Positions 1 through 8,224 of a stretch of 35,203 nucleotides of DNA are shown here, piece by piece. The DNA comes from an uncultured Acidobacteriaceae bacterium (GTDB taxonomy: Bacteria > Acidobacteriota > Terriglobia > Terriglobales > Acidobacteriaceae): assembly GCA_964243395.1 (NCBI GenBank), contig CAXTFS010000002.1, positions 1 through 35,203 on the forward strand, given 5' to 3'. The notes beneath the pieces are model-generated. The model was given only the letters and a program-made list of their open reading frames with translations, was not told the DNA's origin and ran no database searches. The translations under genes were made by a program, and so were the position numbers. Each line of letters starts with the position of its first letter. Within the stretch, counting starts at the first letter, position 1.

Positions 1-15
1 CACGCTCGCCACCAT

Positions 16-876
16 TCAATAGATCCCGAAGAGATACCAGCGCCCGCCCTCCAGCCATGAGCTCAACCAGCGCAGACCGGCCAGGCCCGCGAAGAAGCTC
101 AGCACCATGCCGATGACCGAGGTGGCCACACTGGCGGGCAGGTCCAGCCGCCTTCCCAGAGCTGCTGCGGCATGCGAGGCCTTGAGCAGGCGCAGTACCT
201 CGCGAGCAATGACCGGCGGCGTAAGAATCACCGCCAGCGCGAAGGAGAAGCGCTCTGCACGCTCACGGACCGCGCCGGCCAGCAGTCCGGTAGAGATCGT
301 CGAACCGGATCGCGAGAAGCCGCGGAACGGCAGGGCCAGTCCCTGCACCGCGCCCATCCAGCCGGCCTGCCCGAAGGTGACGTTATCGCCCGATCGTGAG
401 GCTGCACGCTCATAGGCGCTGCGGCTGACCAGGTCTTCCTGCCCCCGCTCGCGCAGACCCGCGATCAGGATGAGCACACCGGCAGCGAACAGCGCGGCAC
501 CGACCAAATCAAGCCGGGAAAACAGCAGCTCGATCTCAGCCTTGGGGAGGCCTTTAAAGGCCGTCTTCTCAATGACTTTGATAATGGGGTAGCCGATGAC
601 GGCGGTCAGCACCGTCGCCCAGATTGCGCGGATGGCAAATCGCTTGAACGCGTCGGAGGTCGAGAAATAGGAGCGCTTCCACTGCGACCAGAAGTACACA
701 ATCACCGCAAACATCGTGCCCGTGTGCAGCATCACGAGCAGCAGCGTCATTTCGGGCGCGGAGGGGTCCAGGTGCATGAGCTTTTCCGCCACGACCACGT
801 GCGCCGAGCTGGAGACAGGCAGCAGTTCGGCAAGGCCCTGAACGATGGCCAGAATCAAAATCTTGAGTAAAGGCAT
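16..876 (-). CDS. uppP: Undecaprenyl-diphosphate phosphatase (UppP/BacA); probably truncated by a premature TGA in the last TM helix
   Basis: Motifs QGLAELLPVSSSAH and GFSRSGSTI, FSFALA, multiple TM segments. The frame continues as hydrophobic M-V-A-S-V after the TGA at 16-18. Confidence 0.9.
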   Translation of the reverse strand: MPLLKILILAIVQGLAELLPVSSSAHVVVAEKLMHLDPSAPEMTLLLVMLHTGTMFAVIVYFWSQWKRSYFSTSDAFKRFAIRAIWATVLTAVIGYPIIKVIEKTAFKGLPKAEIELLFSRLDLVGAALFAAGVLILIAGLRERGQEDLVSRSAYERAASRSGDNVTFGQAGWMGAVQGLALPFRGFSRSGSTISTGLLAGAVRERAERFSFALAVILTPPVIAREVLRLLKASHAAAALGRRLDLPASVATSVIGMVLSFFAGLAGLRWLSSWLEGGRWYLFGIY

Positions 877-924
877 ACCCCGCCCATTGTAGCTGTCCCG
901 GTCGTCCCGAAGACGACGAAGGCT

Positions 925-1836
925 TCAGCGTGCCCGGGCACGGAGGGCTGCGGGATGCGTGTTCAACCAGCGCAGCACATCGGCCCTGAGCCGCTCGTAC
1001 GTAGGCGCGCCGGCCCCGTAGGTAGGCGCGCCAGCCACGTAGGTCCGCACGATGCCATGCGCCGCGCCGGTGTACCAGTTCAAGGCAAGCGTCTCCGACT
1101 CCCCATCGGGCGGCTTCGACGTTGGCGCGCCGGCCACGCCGATGCGGACATCGGAGGGCGCCAGTGCCGCCCTGGCGGCCCGTGCGTTTTCGAGCGAAAC
1201 GAACGCCGCCACGCGGCCGTCCGGCGAGAAGCGTTCGAAGTTGTACAGCGCCTCTGACCGGCCCAGCGGCTCGAAGTAGGCCCGCACGACCCAGCGCTGA
1301 CCGTCAACGGTGAAGCTGTCGATCACATCGCTCTCGCGTGCGCTGATGCCCGGGGCACCACGTTCGCGCGCCAGGCGCAGTACGGTCCGCTCGCGGTCGA
1401 ACTCCTCCCAGCGGTGCAGCGCAGCCTCCACGACGACCAGGTTCTTGTGCGCCTGCCAGAGCTCCGGCTGCTGCGCTACGGCCGTTCGGTAGGTGGTTTC
1501 GGCGGCCTCGTACTGACCCCCCCCGAGCTGTGCATCGCCAAGCCCGACCTCGGCCTGCACGTCGCCCGGATGGAGGTGCTGGTACTCAATAAAGACCTGC
1601 TTGGCCTCCGCGAAGTGGCGGCTGGCCAGCAGCTCCCGCCCATGACGAAGGGCCGGGTCGCCCGCCGCCTGCAGCGCCCCGAGCAGCCCGCTGACCTGGC
1701 CCGCGCCAACCGCGGGCGCCGGTGCCTGACCCGCCGCTCCGACCGCGCCAAGTAGGGCAACGGCAATGCAGAGTAGCGCACCGGCGCTGCACCCCGCTGC
1801 CCGTCCCACCCTGCCTTCTTCCTCGAACCGTCCCAA
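925..1836 (-). CDS. Secreted tetratricopeptide-repeat protein (start may be GTG 1809)
   Basis: Signal-peptide-like N-terminus (ALLCIAVALLGAVGAAG-QAP). TPR-like helices (AEVGLGDAQLGGGQYEAAETTYRTAVAQQPE; AHKNLVVV). Sits 4 nt downstream of the previous gene's stop. Confidence 0.75.
   Translation of the reverse strand: MGRFEEEGRVGRAAGCSAGALLCIAVALLGAVGAAGQAPAPAVGAGQVSGLLGALQAAGDPALRHGRELLASRHFAEAKQVFIEYQHLHPGDVQAEVGLGDAQLGGGQYEAAETTYRTAVAQQPELWQAHKNLVVVEAALHRWEEFDRERTVLRLARERGAPGISARESDVIDSFTVDGQRWVVRAYFEPLGRSEALYNFERFSPDGRVAAFVSLENARAARAALAPSDVRIGVAGAPTSKPPDGESETLALNWYTGAAHGIVRTYVAGAPTYGAGAPTYERLRADVLRWLNTHPAALRARAR
996..1044. repeat. 21-bp tandem duplication inside the TPR gene (YVAGAPT/YGAGAPT)
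   Basis: cgtacgtaggcgcgccggccc / cgtaggtaggcgcgccagcca / cgtaggt. Confidence 0.75.
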
Positions 1837-1840
1837 TGCG

Positions 1841-3172
1841 CTACATCCCCTCCGGTTGGACGCGGTGCAGCACCATCCCGCCCGAAAAACCTGCGCAGAC
1901 CAGGACGGCCAGCCAGATCACCTCCGGGTGGCGCTGCAGGTAGGGCCTTGGATCGCGGCGGCTCACGAAGTGTGGGTTGCGCTTCTCCGGTCCGAGTTGT
2001 GCCGTCGCCGGGTTCGCAGACACCAGAGCCTCGGTGCCGTCGTACACCGGAGCGACCAGGGTTGGGTCGCCGTAGCGCAACGTGTAGTTGGTGCCCGGAT
2101 TGGCCACAAAGCACAGCTTGCGTTCCCGCATCTCGAGGGCAATCTCCCGAATCGGCAGCGGAAAGCCGGCTGGGTTGCGCACCACAACACGCACAGTCGC
2201 CGGGCTGCCCAGGGTCGCGCCCACGGTCGCATCCAGGTCGAGCCGCCGCACATCGATCGGGTTCAGGCGTGGATCGCCGGCGGGCATGCGCACCTGCTCG
2301 ATGCTGCCGGCAGCGATCGCTTCCGTATCGGCGGAGGGCTGGTTGTCCGGCTTGGCAAACAGATCCACCTCGCCCAGCAGATTGGCCTCCGCACCGGGCT
2401 CCAGCATGACCGTGACCCGTTCCACGGGCACATGCGCGGCCAGGTGCAACGCCGCCGAGACCGACGGGCCGTTGCGCACCAGGGCGGTGGTTTCTGCCAC
2501 GGGGAGGTACAGCGTTCCGCTCTCACGGCTGGCCGGGACCGTCGCCCCCGCCACCCAAGAGGTAGACAGGTGATCCAGCGCAGCGCCCGCAGGCGTGCGC
2601 ATGGCTAGGTTCACGTGCACCACCGGCAGCGTTGTTTCGGCCATCGGCAACACCGTCCAGCGGCCCAGACGCTCGTCGCTCAGGTCAAAGACGCCAAAGC
2701 TGCCAAGCTCGGTCCGGTGACCCCGGCGATCGACCCCGGAGGCCGTGGCAGTGCCGACAAAGTTCTGTGTCGCCAGGCGCAGCTCAACCGCAGAGAACGG
2801 GCGATCAGGCATGCGCAGGTCGAAGCTGAGCTGGGCATCCTTCCCACCCGCGCGCTCCACATGCAGGTGTTCCACGTGCGCCTCGGTGTCCGTGACCGGC
2901 TCCGGACCACTCTCCGTCAGGGCGTAGGGCGTCTCTGCCTCCGCTTCGCCCGGTTCCTGCCGAAACAGCCGCAGGTCATCGTGCGCCGCCGAAGCGGTGT
3001 GCCCCAGCACGGTCGCATCCAGCTCCGCGCACGCGACTGTGCCCGCCATGGAGGACTGCACCAGGATCGGGCGCTGAAAGCGGAGATGATCCGGGGTAGC
3101 GACGCCGCCGATATTGACCAGCAGGGCGCTCTGCCACAGCATCGCCGCGGCCAGAATGGAGGGTGCTCTCAC
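1841..3172 (-). CDS. DUF3999-like exported protein with C-terminal membrane anchor
   Basis: N-terminal hydrophobic leader; motifs FQRPI, DLRLF..ETPYAL and YTLRYGDP.L.APVYD, which I recognise as DUF3999-like; C-terminal TM (VIWLAVLVCAGFSGGMVL). Confidence 0.7.
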   Translation of the reverse strand: MRAPSILAAAMLWQSALLVNIGGVATPDHLRFQRPILVQSSMAGTVACAELDATVLGHTASAAHDDLRLFRQEPGEAEAETPYALTESGPEPVTDTEAHVEHLHVERAGGKDAQLSFDLRMPDRPFSAVELRLATQNFVGTATASGVDRRGHRTELGSFGVFDLSDERLGRWTVLPMAETTLPVVHVNLAMRTPAGAALDHLSTSWVAGATVPASRESGTLYLPVAETTALVRNGPSVSAALHLAAHVPVERVTVMLEPGAEANLLGEVDLFAKPDNQPSADTEAIAAGSIEQVRMPAGDPRLNPIDVRRLDLDATVGATLGSPATVRVVVRNPAGFPLPIREIALEMRERKLCFVANPGTNYTLRYGDPTLVAPVYDGTEALVSANPATAQLGPEKRNPHFVSRRDPRPYLQRHPEVIWLAVLVCAGFSGGMVLHRVQPEGM

Positions 3173-3486
3173 GCCGCCCTTGCCTCACACCACGCAGCGA
3201 GCGCCTCAGGGGACCACGCAGCGAACGCCTTGGGGGACCACGCAGCGAGCGCCTCAGGGGACCACGCAGCGAGCGCCTCGGGGAACCACGCAGCGAGCGC
3301 CTCGGGGAACCACGCAGCGAGCGCCTCGGGGGACCACGCAGCGAGCGCCTCAGGGAACCACGCAGCGAGCGCCTCAGGGGACCACGCAGCGAGCGCCCCC
3401 CGGAGACTTCCATTCACCGCCTCTGCCGGGGCCAAAGCGGGCCGGTTGCGGTCGCATTTCGATTCCTGCCGTGGGCCCGCCACCAT
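3169..3486 (-). CDS. Putative repeat peptide (105 aa, nine ALAAW-type units); coding status uncertain
   Basis: ATG-initiated ORF across the 24-bp array; its TGA overlaps the GTG start of the DUF3999 gene (GTGA). No clear SD sequence. Confidence 0.3.
   Translation of the reverse strand: MVAGPRQESKCDRNRPALAPAEAVNGSLRGALAAWSPEALAAWFPEALAAWSPEALAAWFPEALAAWFPEALAAWSPEALAAWSPKAFAAWSPEALAAWCEARAA
3189..3397. repeat. 24-bp tandem repeat (minisatellite/VNTR), 8 full units plus 1 partial, consensus ACCACGCAGCGAGCGCCTCRGGGR
   Basis: Units start at 3189, 3213, 3237, 3261, 3285, 3309, 3333, 3357 and 3381, with no spacers. Confidence 0.97.
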
Positions 3487-3596
3487 GGGGACACTCTACG
3501 CCGCGACTTTCGCATCTGACACAGAAGGACGCGGTCGCATTTCTGTGGTGCCGAGCTGTATACCAGACCTCGCGGGCCTAGTTTTTACGAAACGCA

Positions 3597-4409
3597 ATGT
3601 TTGCTGACCTTTCTCCTATCCACCACGTCCTGGTTCTGGACGACGACGACGTGATGCGCGATCTGCTCGGGGCCCTGCTGGGACTGCAGGGCTACGATGT
3701 GCTGTCGGCTAGCTCTGGTGCCCAGGCGCTGGCCCTCCTGGTCGAGCATCCGGTCGACCTCGTGCTGACCGACCTGCAGATGCCCGGTCTGGAGGGCGCA
3801 GCGCTCGTCGGTGCGTTGCGGGGGGCGATGTCTGCGGCAACGCCCCTGGTCGGCATGAGCGGCGCCCGACCCGCGCCCGACGTTCGTTCCCTGCTGGATG
3901 CGTTTCTCAGCAAACCCTTCGACACCGGTCAGCTGCTGACCGCGATGGACGCCGCGTTGGCGCAGCGGGCGGCTATTTCTGGCAACGCAGCTGGCAACGC
4001 AGCTGGCGACACAGCTGGCGACGCAGCTTTGGACGTAGTTGAGAACGGCCAAACTCGCCCCGCGACAGCGCCCGCCCGCAAAGCCGTGCTCGACGAGGCG
4101 ATCTTCGCCTCCCTCGCCAAGATGGTGCCTCTGCCCCAGCTGAACGAGCTGTACAAACTGACCCTCAGCGACGTCGCCAAGCGACATGGGCGTATTGTCG
4201 CGGACGCCGAAAGCGGGAACCTCCCCGCGGTGCAGCGCGAAGCCCACGCCATCAAGGGCGGCTGCGGCATGGTGGGTGCCGTGGAGCTGGCGGAACTGGC
4301 CGCCGCCATCGAAGGGGGAACCACCGCGAACACATCGGCGATTGCGGAAATTCCTTCGGCATGCGTTCGCCTCCGGCGTATGCTGGACGAAAAGTTGCAG
4401 ACAGCATAG
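3597..4409 (+). CDS. Response-regulator receiver domain fused to an Hpt domain
   Basis: REC motifs VLVLDDD, LVLTDLQMP and FLSKPF; C-terminal Hpt motif EAHAIKGGCGMVGA. Confidence 0.9.
   Translation: MFADLSPIHHVLVLDDDDVMRDLLGALLGLQGYDVLSASSGAQALALLVEHPVDLVLTDLQMPGLEGAALVGALRGAMSAATPLVGMSGARPAPDVRSLLDAFLSKPFDTGQLLTAMDAALAQRAAISGNAAGNAAGDTAGDAALDVVENGQTRPATAPARKAVLDEAIFASLAKMVPLPQLNELYKLTLSDVAKRHGRIVADAESGNLPAVQREAHAIKGGCGMVGAVELAELAAAIEGGTTANTSAIAEIPSACVRLRRMLDEKLQTA
3981..4028 (+). repeat. 12-bp x4 tandem repeat in the REC-Hpt linker (GNAA GNAA GDTA GDAA)
   Basis: ggcaacgcagct ggcaacgcagct ggcgacacagct ggcgacgcagct. Confidence 0.85.
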
Positions 4410-4426
4410 CTCCCGGAGCGCCCCAC

Positions 4427-5155
4427 ATGGTTACGGCCACACGCAAGCCTGCTTTTCCTTTCCCCTCCTCACCTACGTCGATCAATCGCACGGGTGCCAT
4501 TCGCATTGTGGTCGCTGACGATCATCCGGTCGTGCGGTTCGGCGTCAAGAACATGCTGATGAGCGATCCCAGCTTCGATGTGGTCGGCGAGGCGGAGGAC
4601 GGCGATCAGGCCGTCACCCAGACGCTGGAGCTCGAGCCGGACATCCTGCTGCTGGATCTCGCGATGCCGCGCCTGCCCGGCCTGGAGGCCATGCGGGCCA
4701 TCATGAGCCGCTCGCCCCGCGTAAAGATCCTGCTGCTCACGAGCACCATCTCCACGCAGCAGATCATCGAGGCGCTGCAGATCGGCGCGCGCGGCATCGT
4801 GCTGAAGGATTCCGTCGCCGGCGACCTCGGCGAGGCCCTGCGCGCGGTACTCTCCGGGGACTACTGGATTGGCGGCCAGCGTGTCGTCAACCTGCTCACC
4901 GCCCTGCACGAGCTGATGCAGAAGGCCGCCGCCGTTCCCGAGCGCAAGACCTACGGCCTTACGCCACGCGAGCTCGAAGTGGTCACCTGCATCGTCGAGG
5001 GCTGCTCCAACAAGGACATCGCCAAGCAGTTCACGATCTCCGAAGAAACTGTGAAGCGCCACCTCTCCAACATCTTCGACAAGACCGGCGTTTCGACGCG
5101 GCTAGAGTTGGCTCTCTTTGCCATCAGCCACAAGCTGGTCGATATCGACGTATAG
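4427..5155 (+). CDS. NarL/FixJ-family response regulator (REC plus LuxR HTH)
   Basis: VVADDHPVVR, LLLDLAMP, IVLKD, LTPRELEV...SNKDIA...ISEETVKRHLSNIFDK. ATG 4427 follows a GGAG. Confidence 0.93.
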   Translation: MVTATRKPAFPFPSSPTSINRTGAIRIVVADDHPVVRFGVKNMLMSDPSFDVVGEAEDGDQAVTQTLELEPDILLLDLAMPRLPGLEAMRAIMSRSPRVKILLLTSTISTQQIIEALQIGARGIVLKDSVAGDLGEALRAVLSGDYWIGGQRVVNLLTALHELMQKAAAVPERKTYGLTPRELEVVTCIVEGCSNKDIAKQFTISEETVKRHLSNIFDKTGVSTRLELALFAISHKLVDIDV

Positions 5156-5214
5156 GTTCAGCGGGCGGACTTTCACCGCACGACTTTCACCAATAGACTT
5201 TCAGCAGACCGACG

Positions 5215-5243
5215 AGGGGCCGCATCCATGCGGCCCCTTTCTT
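5215..5243 (+). terminator. Probable intrinsic terminator
   Basis: Inverted repeat AGGGGCCGCAT-CC-ATGCGGCCCCT followed by TTCTT, downstream of the regulator gene. Confidence 0.7.
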
Positions 5244-5256
5244 CATCCATCTACCT

Positions 5257-6297
5257 ATGAGCGATTCCCTGCACGATGTCCTTGTGATTGGCGCCGGTCC
5301 CACGGGTCTGGCCTGCGCGATTGACGCGCAAAACGAGGGTCTGGACGTCGTGCTCGTAGACAAGGGCTGCCTCACCAACTCGCTCTTCCACTACCCGCAG
5401 GGCATGACCTTCTTTACTACGCCGGAGCTGCTGGAGATCGGCAACATGCCCTTCTCCTCGCCGAACCAGAAGCCAACCCGCGCCGAGGCGCTCGAGTACT
5501 ACCGCAAGGTCGCCGACCACTACCGGCTCGATGTGCGGCAGTACCAGCGCGTGGACCGGGTCGAGGGACACGACGGTGATTTCCGGGTTCACACCATCGA
5601 TCGGTTCGAGCGGGGGCACATCCTCCGCACCCGCAAGATCATTGTTTCGACGGGCTACTACGATCTGCCTAACTACCTCGGTTTGCCCGGCGAGCATCTG
5701 CCCAAGGTGGCGCACTACTACAACGAGCCACACCCTTTCTACGCGCAAGATGTGCTGGTCATCGGTGGAAAGAACTCGGCCGCGATTGCTGCGCTCGATT
5801 TGTGGCGGCACGGTGCGCGTGTGACGCTTGTGCACCGCGGAGCGGAGCTGCACCGGCATATCAAGTACTGGATCAAGCCGGACATTGAAAATCGCATCAA
5901 GAACGGCGAGATCACCGCCTACTTCGACTCAACCGTCGCCCGTATCACTGAAGATTCGGTCACGCTCACGACGCCTGAAGGCGAGAAGACGATTCCCAAT
6001 CAGTTCGTCTTTGCGCTCACGGGCTACCATCCGGACTTTGCCTTTATCGAGTCGCTGGGGGTGCATCTTGACCCTGACAACGCACGCTGCCCGATCTTCA
6101 AGCCCGACACGCTGGAGTCAAACGTGCCCGGCTTGTATGTTGCCGGCGTCGTGGTCGCCGGCGAGCGCACCAACGAGGTCTTCATCGAGAATGGTCGCTT
6201 CCACGGAGCCGTCATCGCGGCGGATCTGGCAGAAAAGCTTGGCAAAGGCGAACGCGAGCAGCCGGTCGCGCCACTCTACACCGTGGCCGCGGAGTAA
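5257..6297 (+). CDS. ypdA: YpdA-family putative bacillithiol disulfide reductase (TrxR-like FAD/NADPH oxidoreductase)
   Basis: IGAGPTGLAC, YPQGMTFFTTPELLEIG, KPTRAEALEYY, HYYNEPHPF, IGGKNSA, IKYWIKPD, VFIENGRFHG; no CxxC. Confidence 0.92.
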   Translation: MSDSLHDVLVIGAGPTGLACAIDAQNEGLDVVLVDKGCLTNSLFHYPQGMTFFTTPELLEIGNMPFSSPNQKPTRAEALEYYRKVADHYRLDVRQYQRVDRVEGHDGDFRVHTIDRFERGHILRTRKIIVSTGYYDLPNYLGLPGEHLPKVAHYYNEPHPFYAQDVLVIGGKNSAAIAALDLWRHGARVTLVHRGAELHRHIKYWIKPDIENRIKNGEITAYFDSTVARITEDSVTLTTPEGEKTIPNQFVFALTGYHPDFAFIESLGVHLDPDNARCPIFKPDTLESNVPGLYVAGVVVAGERTNEVFIENGRFHGAVIAADLAEKLGKGEREQPVAPLYTVAAE

Positions 6298-6313
6298 GCT
6301 GAGGCCCGGTGTT

Positions 6314-7159
6314 TTAGCTCAGCACGCGCCGCCGAAAGCCGCGCAACCCGATCCACATCAGCAGGGCGAAGAAGAAGACCAGCGCACCCAGGATGAAGCC
6401 ATTGCCCATGTGGCCGATACCTGGCGTTAACGCCGAGCGCAGACCTTCGCTGAAGTACACGATCGGGTTCACCAGGATGCCGATTTGCAGCCAGCGCAGG
6501 TTTCTCAGCGCGGTCCAGGGGTAGTACACGCAACCCAGAAACACGATCGGCGTGACCACAATGCCAAAGATCAAGCCGATCTGCCTGGGCTGTACCGCGG
6601 TGCCGATGACCAGGCCCAGGGCGCCCGACACCAGGCTTGAAAGCACCAGCACGGTCAGCAGCAGGGGCCAGCTGGTGACGTGCGCGATCACGGGGATCGC
6701 GGGGATGTAGTACGCGACAGGGAAGACGACGGCTGCGGCCAACAGACTCTGCAGGGCGGAGAAGCAAACCTTCTCAAACGCCACGGCCCAAACGGGCAGC
6801 GGACACATTACGCGGTCATCGATCTCGCGCGTGATGCTGAACTCGGTGGCCAGCGGCAGAGCCACTGCGGCGATGCCCGAAAACATGATGCCCACGGCCA
6901 TGAGTCCCGGCAGCATCACCGTGCCAAAGCCGCCAACGTTGCGGGTTCCTGAGACCAGGGTTGGGGTCATCGCCGTCGTGTTGCCGGACATATGCGGCAT
7001 GACGTAGGTGAACACAAAGGCAAACAGCAGCGGCTGCATGACCACCCGCAGGATGAACGGCACGAGCTCCCGCCGCAGCACATACAGATCGCGCAGCATC
7101 AATCCACCAAAAGCACGACTGAAGCCCAGCGCTCGCCCTGTCTCCATCGGCTTACTCAC
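6314..7159 (-). CDS. ABC-2 type transporter permease (start GTG 7159 or ATG 7147)
   Basis: Six TM segments; QPLLF, LPGL, EIDDRVMCPL, NPIVYFSEGLR; overlaps the ATPase stop. Confidence 0.9.
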   Translation of the reverse strand: MSKPMETGRALGFSRAFGGLMLRDLYVLRRELVPFILRVVMQPLLFAFVFTYVMPHMSGNTTAMTPTLVSGTRNVGGFGTVMLPGLMAVGIMFSGIAAVALPLATEFSITREIDDRVMCPLPVWAVAFEKVCFSALQSLLAAAVVFPVAYYIPAIPVIAHVTSWPLLLTVLVLSSLVSGALGLVIGTAVQPRQIGLIFGIVVTPIVFLGCVYYPWTALRNLRWLQIGILVNPIVYFSEGLRSALTPGIGHMGNGFILGALVFFFALLMWIGLRGFRRRVLS

Positions 7160-8108
7160 GCAGTTCCCTCCCGGTGAGGCGGATGAACACGGTCTCAAGG
7201 CTGGGCTCCGCCGTAGACACATCGCGCAGTCCATAGCGGTTGGCCGTTGTGACCACGTGGGCCAGCAGGCCATCGTGCGTGCCCGCCAGCACGCGCAGAC
7301 CGGCGTCCATCGGCTCCACCCGGTTTACGCCCTCCACGGCCTGTAGCGCCGCGGTCAGGGTGTCCAGAGCGGTGGGGTCCGACAGGTGGAGTTCGTAGAT
7401 CTTGTCCCCACCCACAGTGGCCTTCAGGGCCGCCGGCGTGTCCTCCACCAGGATCCTGCCGTGATCGATGATGGCGAGCCGGTCGCACAGCTCATCGGCT
7501 TCTTCCATGTAGTGCGTGGTGAGCACGACCGTGATGCCCTGATCGCGCAGTCCGCGCACCGCGTCCCACATGGCGATGCGGCTCTGCGGATCGAGTCCCG
7601 CGCTGGGCTCGTCAAGAAACAGCACGTCGGGCCGATGGGCGATGGCGCGCGCAATCTGCACCCGCTGCGCCAGGCCCCCGGAAAGCTGCTGCGGATACGC
7701 CTTTGCGCGGTCGGTCAGCCGAAACTGGTCCAGCAACTCCGCTGTGCGTGCCCGGGCATCCGAACGGCTCATGCCGAAGTACAGGCAGTGGAACTGAATG
7801 TTTTCTGCGACGGTGCAGGCCCGGTCCAGCGTGTTGTACTGCGGCACCACGCCGATACTCCGCCGCGCTTCCGCCGGCTTCGCGACGACATCCACACCGG
7901 CAATACGCACGGTGCCGGCGGTGGGGATCGCGCGGGTGGTCGCGATGGAGATGGTCGTCGTCTTGCCGGCACCGTTCGGCCCCAGCAGACCGTAGAGTTC
8001 GCCCCGCGCGACGCACAGATCAATACCATCGACGGCCTTGACCGGCTGCTTGCCGCCGTACAGCTTGTGCAAGTCGACAATTTCAACAATGGTCTGGCTT
8101 GAGCGCAA
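7152..8108 (-). CDS. ABC transporter ATP-binding protein (DrrA/NodI-like exporter)
   Basis: Walker A GPNGAGKTT, LSGG, VLFLDEP, TTHYMEEA. Start placed at TTG 8108, 8 nt after GGAGG. Confidence 0.92.
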   Translation of the reverse strand: MRSSQTIVEIVDLHKLYGGKQPVKAVDGIDLCVARGELYGLLGPNGAGKTTTISIATTRAIPTAGTVRIAGVDVVAKPAEARRSIGVVPQYNTLDRACTVAENIQFHCLYFGMSRSDARARTAELLDQFRLTDRAKAYPQQLSGGLAQRVQIARAIAHRPDVLFLDEPSAGLDPQSRIAMWDAVRGLRDQGITVVLTTHYMEEADELCDRLAIIDHGRILVEDTPAALKATVGGDKIYELHLSDPTALDTLTAALQAVEGVNRVEPMDAGLRVLAGTHDGLLAHVVTTANRYGLRDVSTAEPSLETVFIRLTGRELRE

Positions 8109-8224
8109 GCGGGCTGCCTCCGTAACGTAGATGCTGATCGCGCCGCCGCGGTTCTCCCGTTGACTGTACGACGTACACAAGGACGCATCCAAACCAATCA
8201 AGAGCGAGATCAGCGAGGATCACG

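Noticed and set aside
3189-3397. CRISPR array
   Set aside because: Units are head-to-tail with no unique spacers, and there are no cas genes in the window.
2615-3607. Plus-strand readings of the array (GDHAASAS, TTQRAPQG, RSERLRGP repeats)
   Set aside because: Their start codons lie antisense within the DUF3999 gene, and a stop-free 24-mer keeps most frames open trivially. The GDHAASAS frame is not fully excluded.
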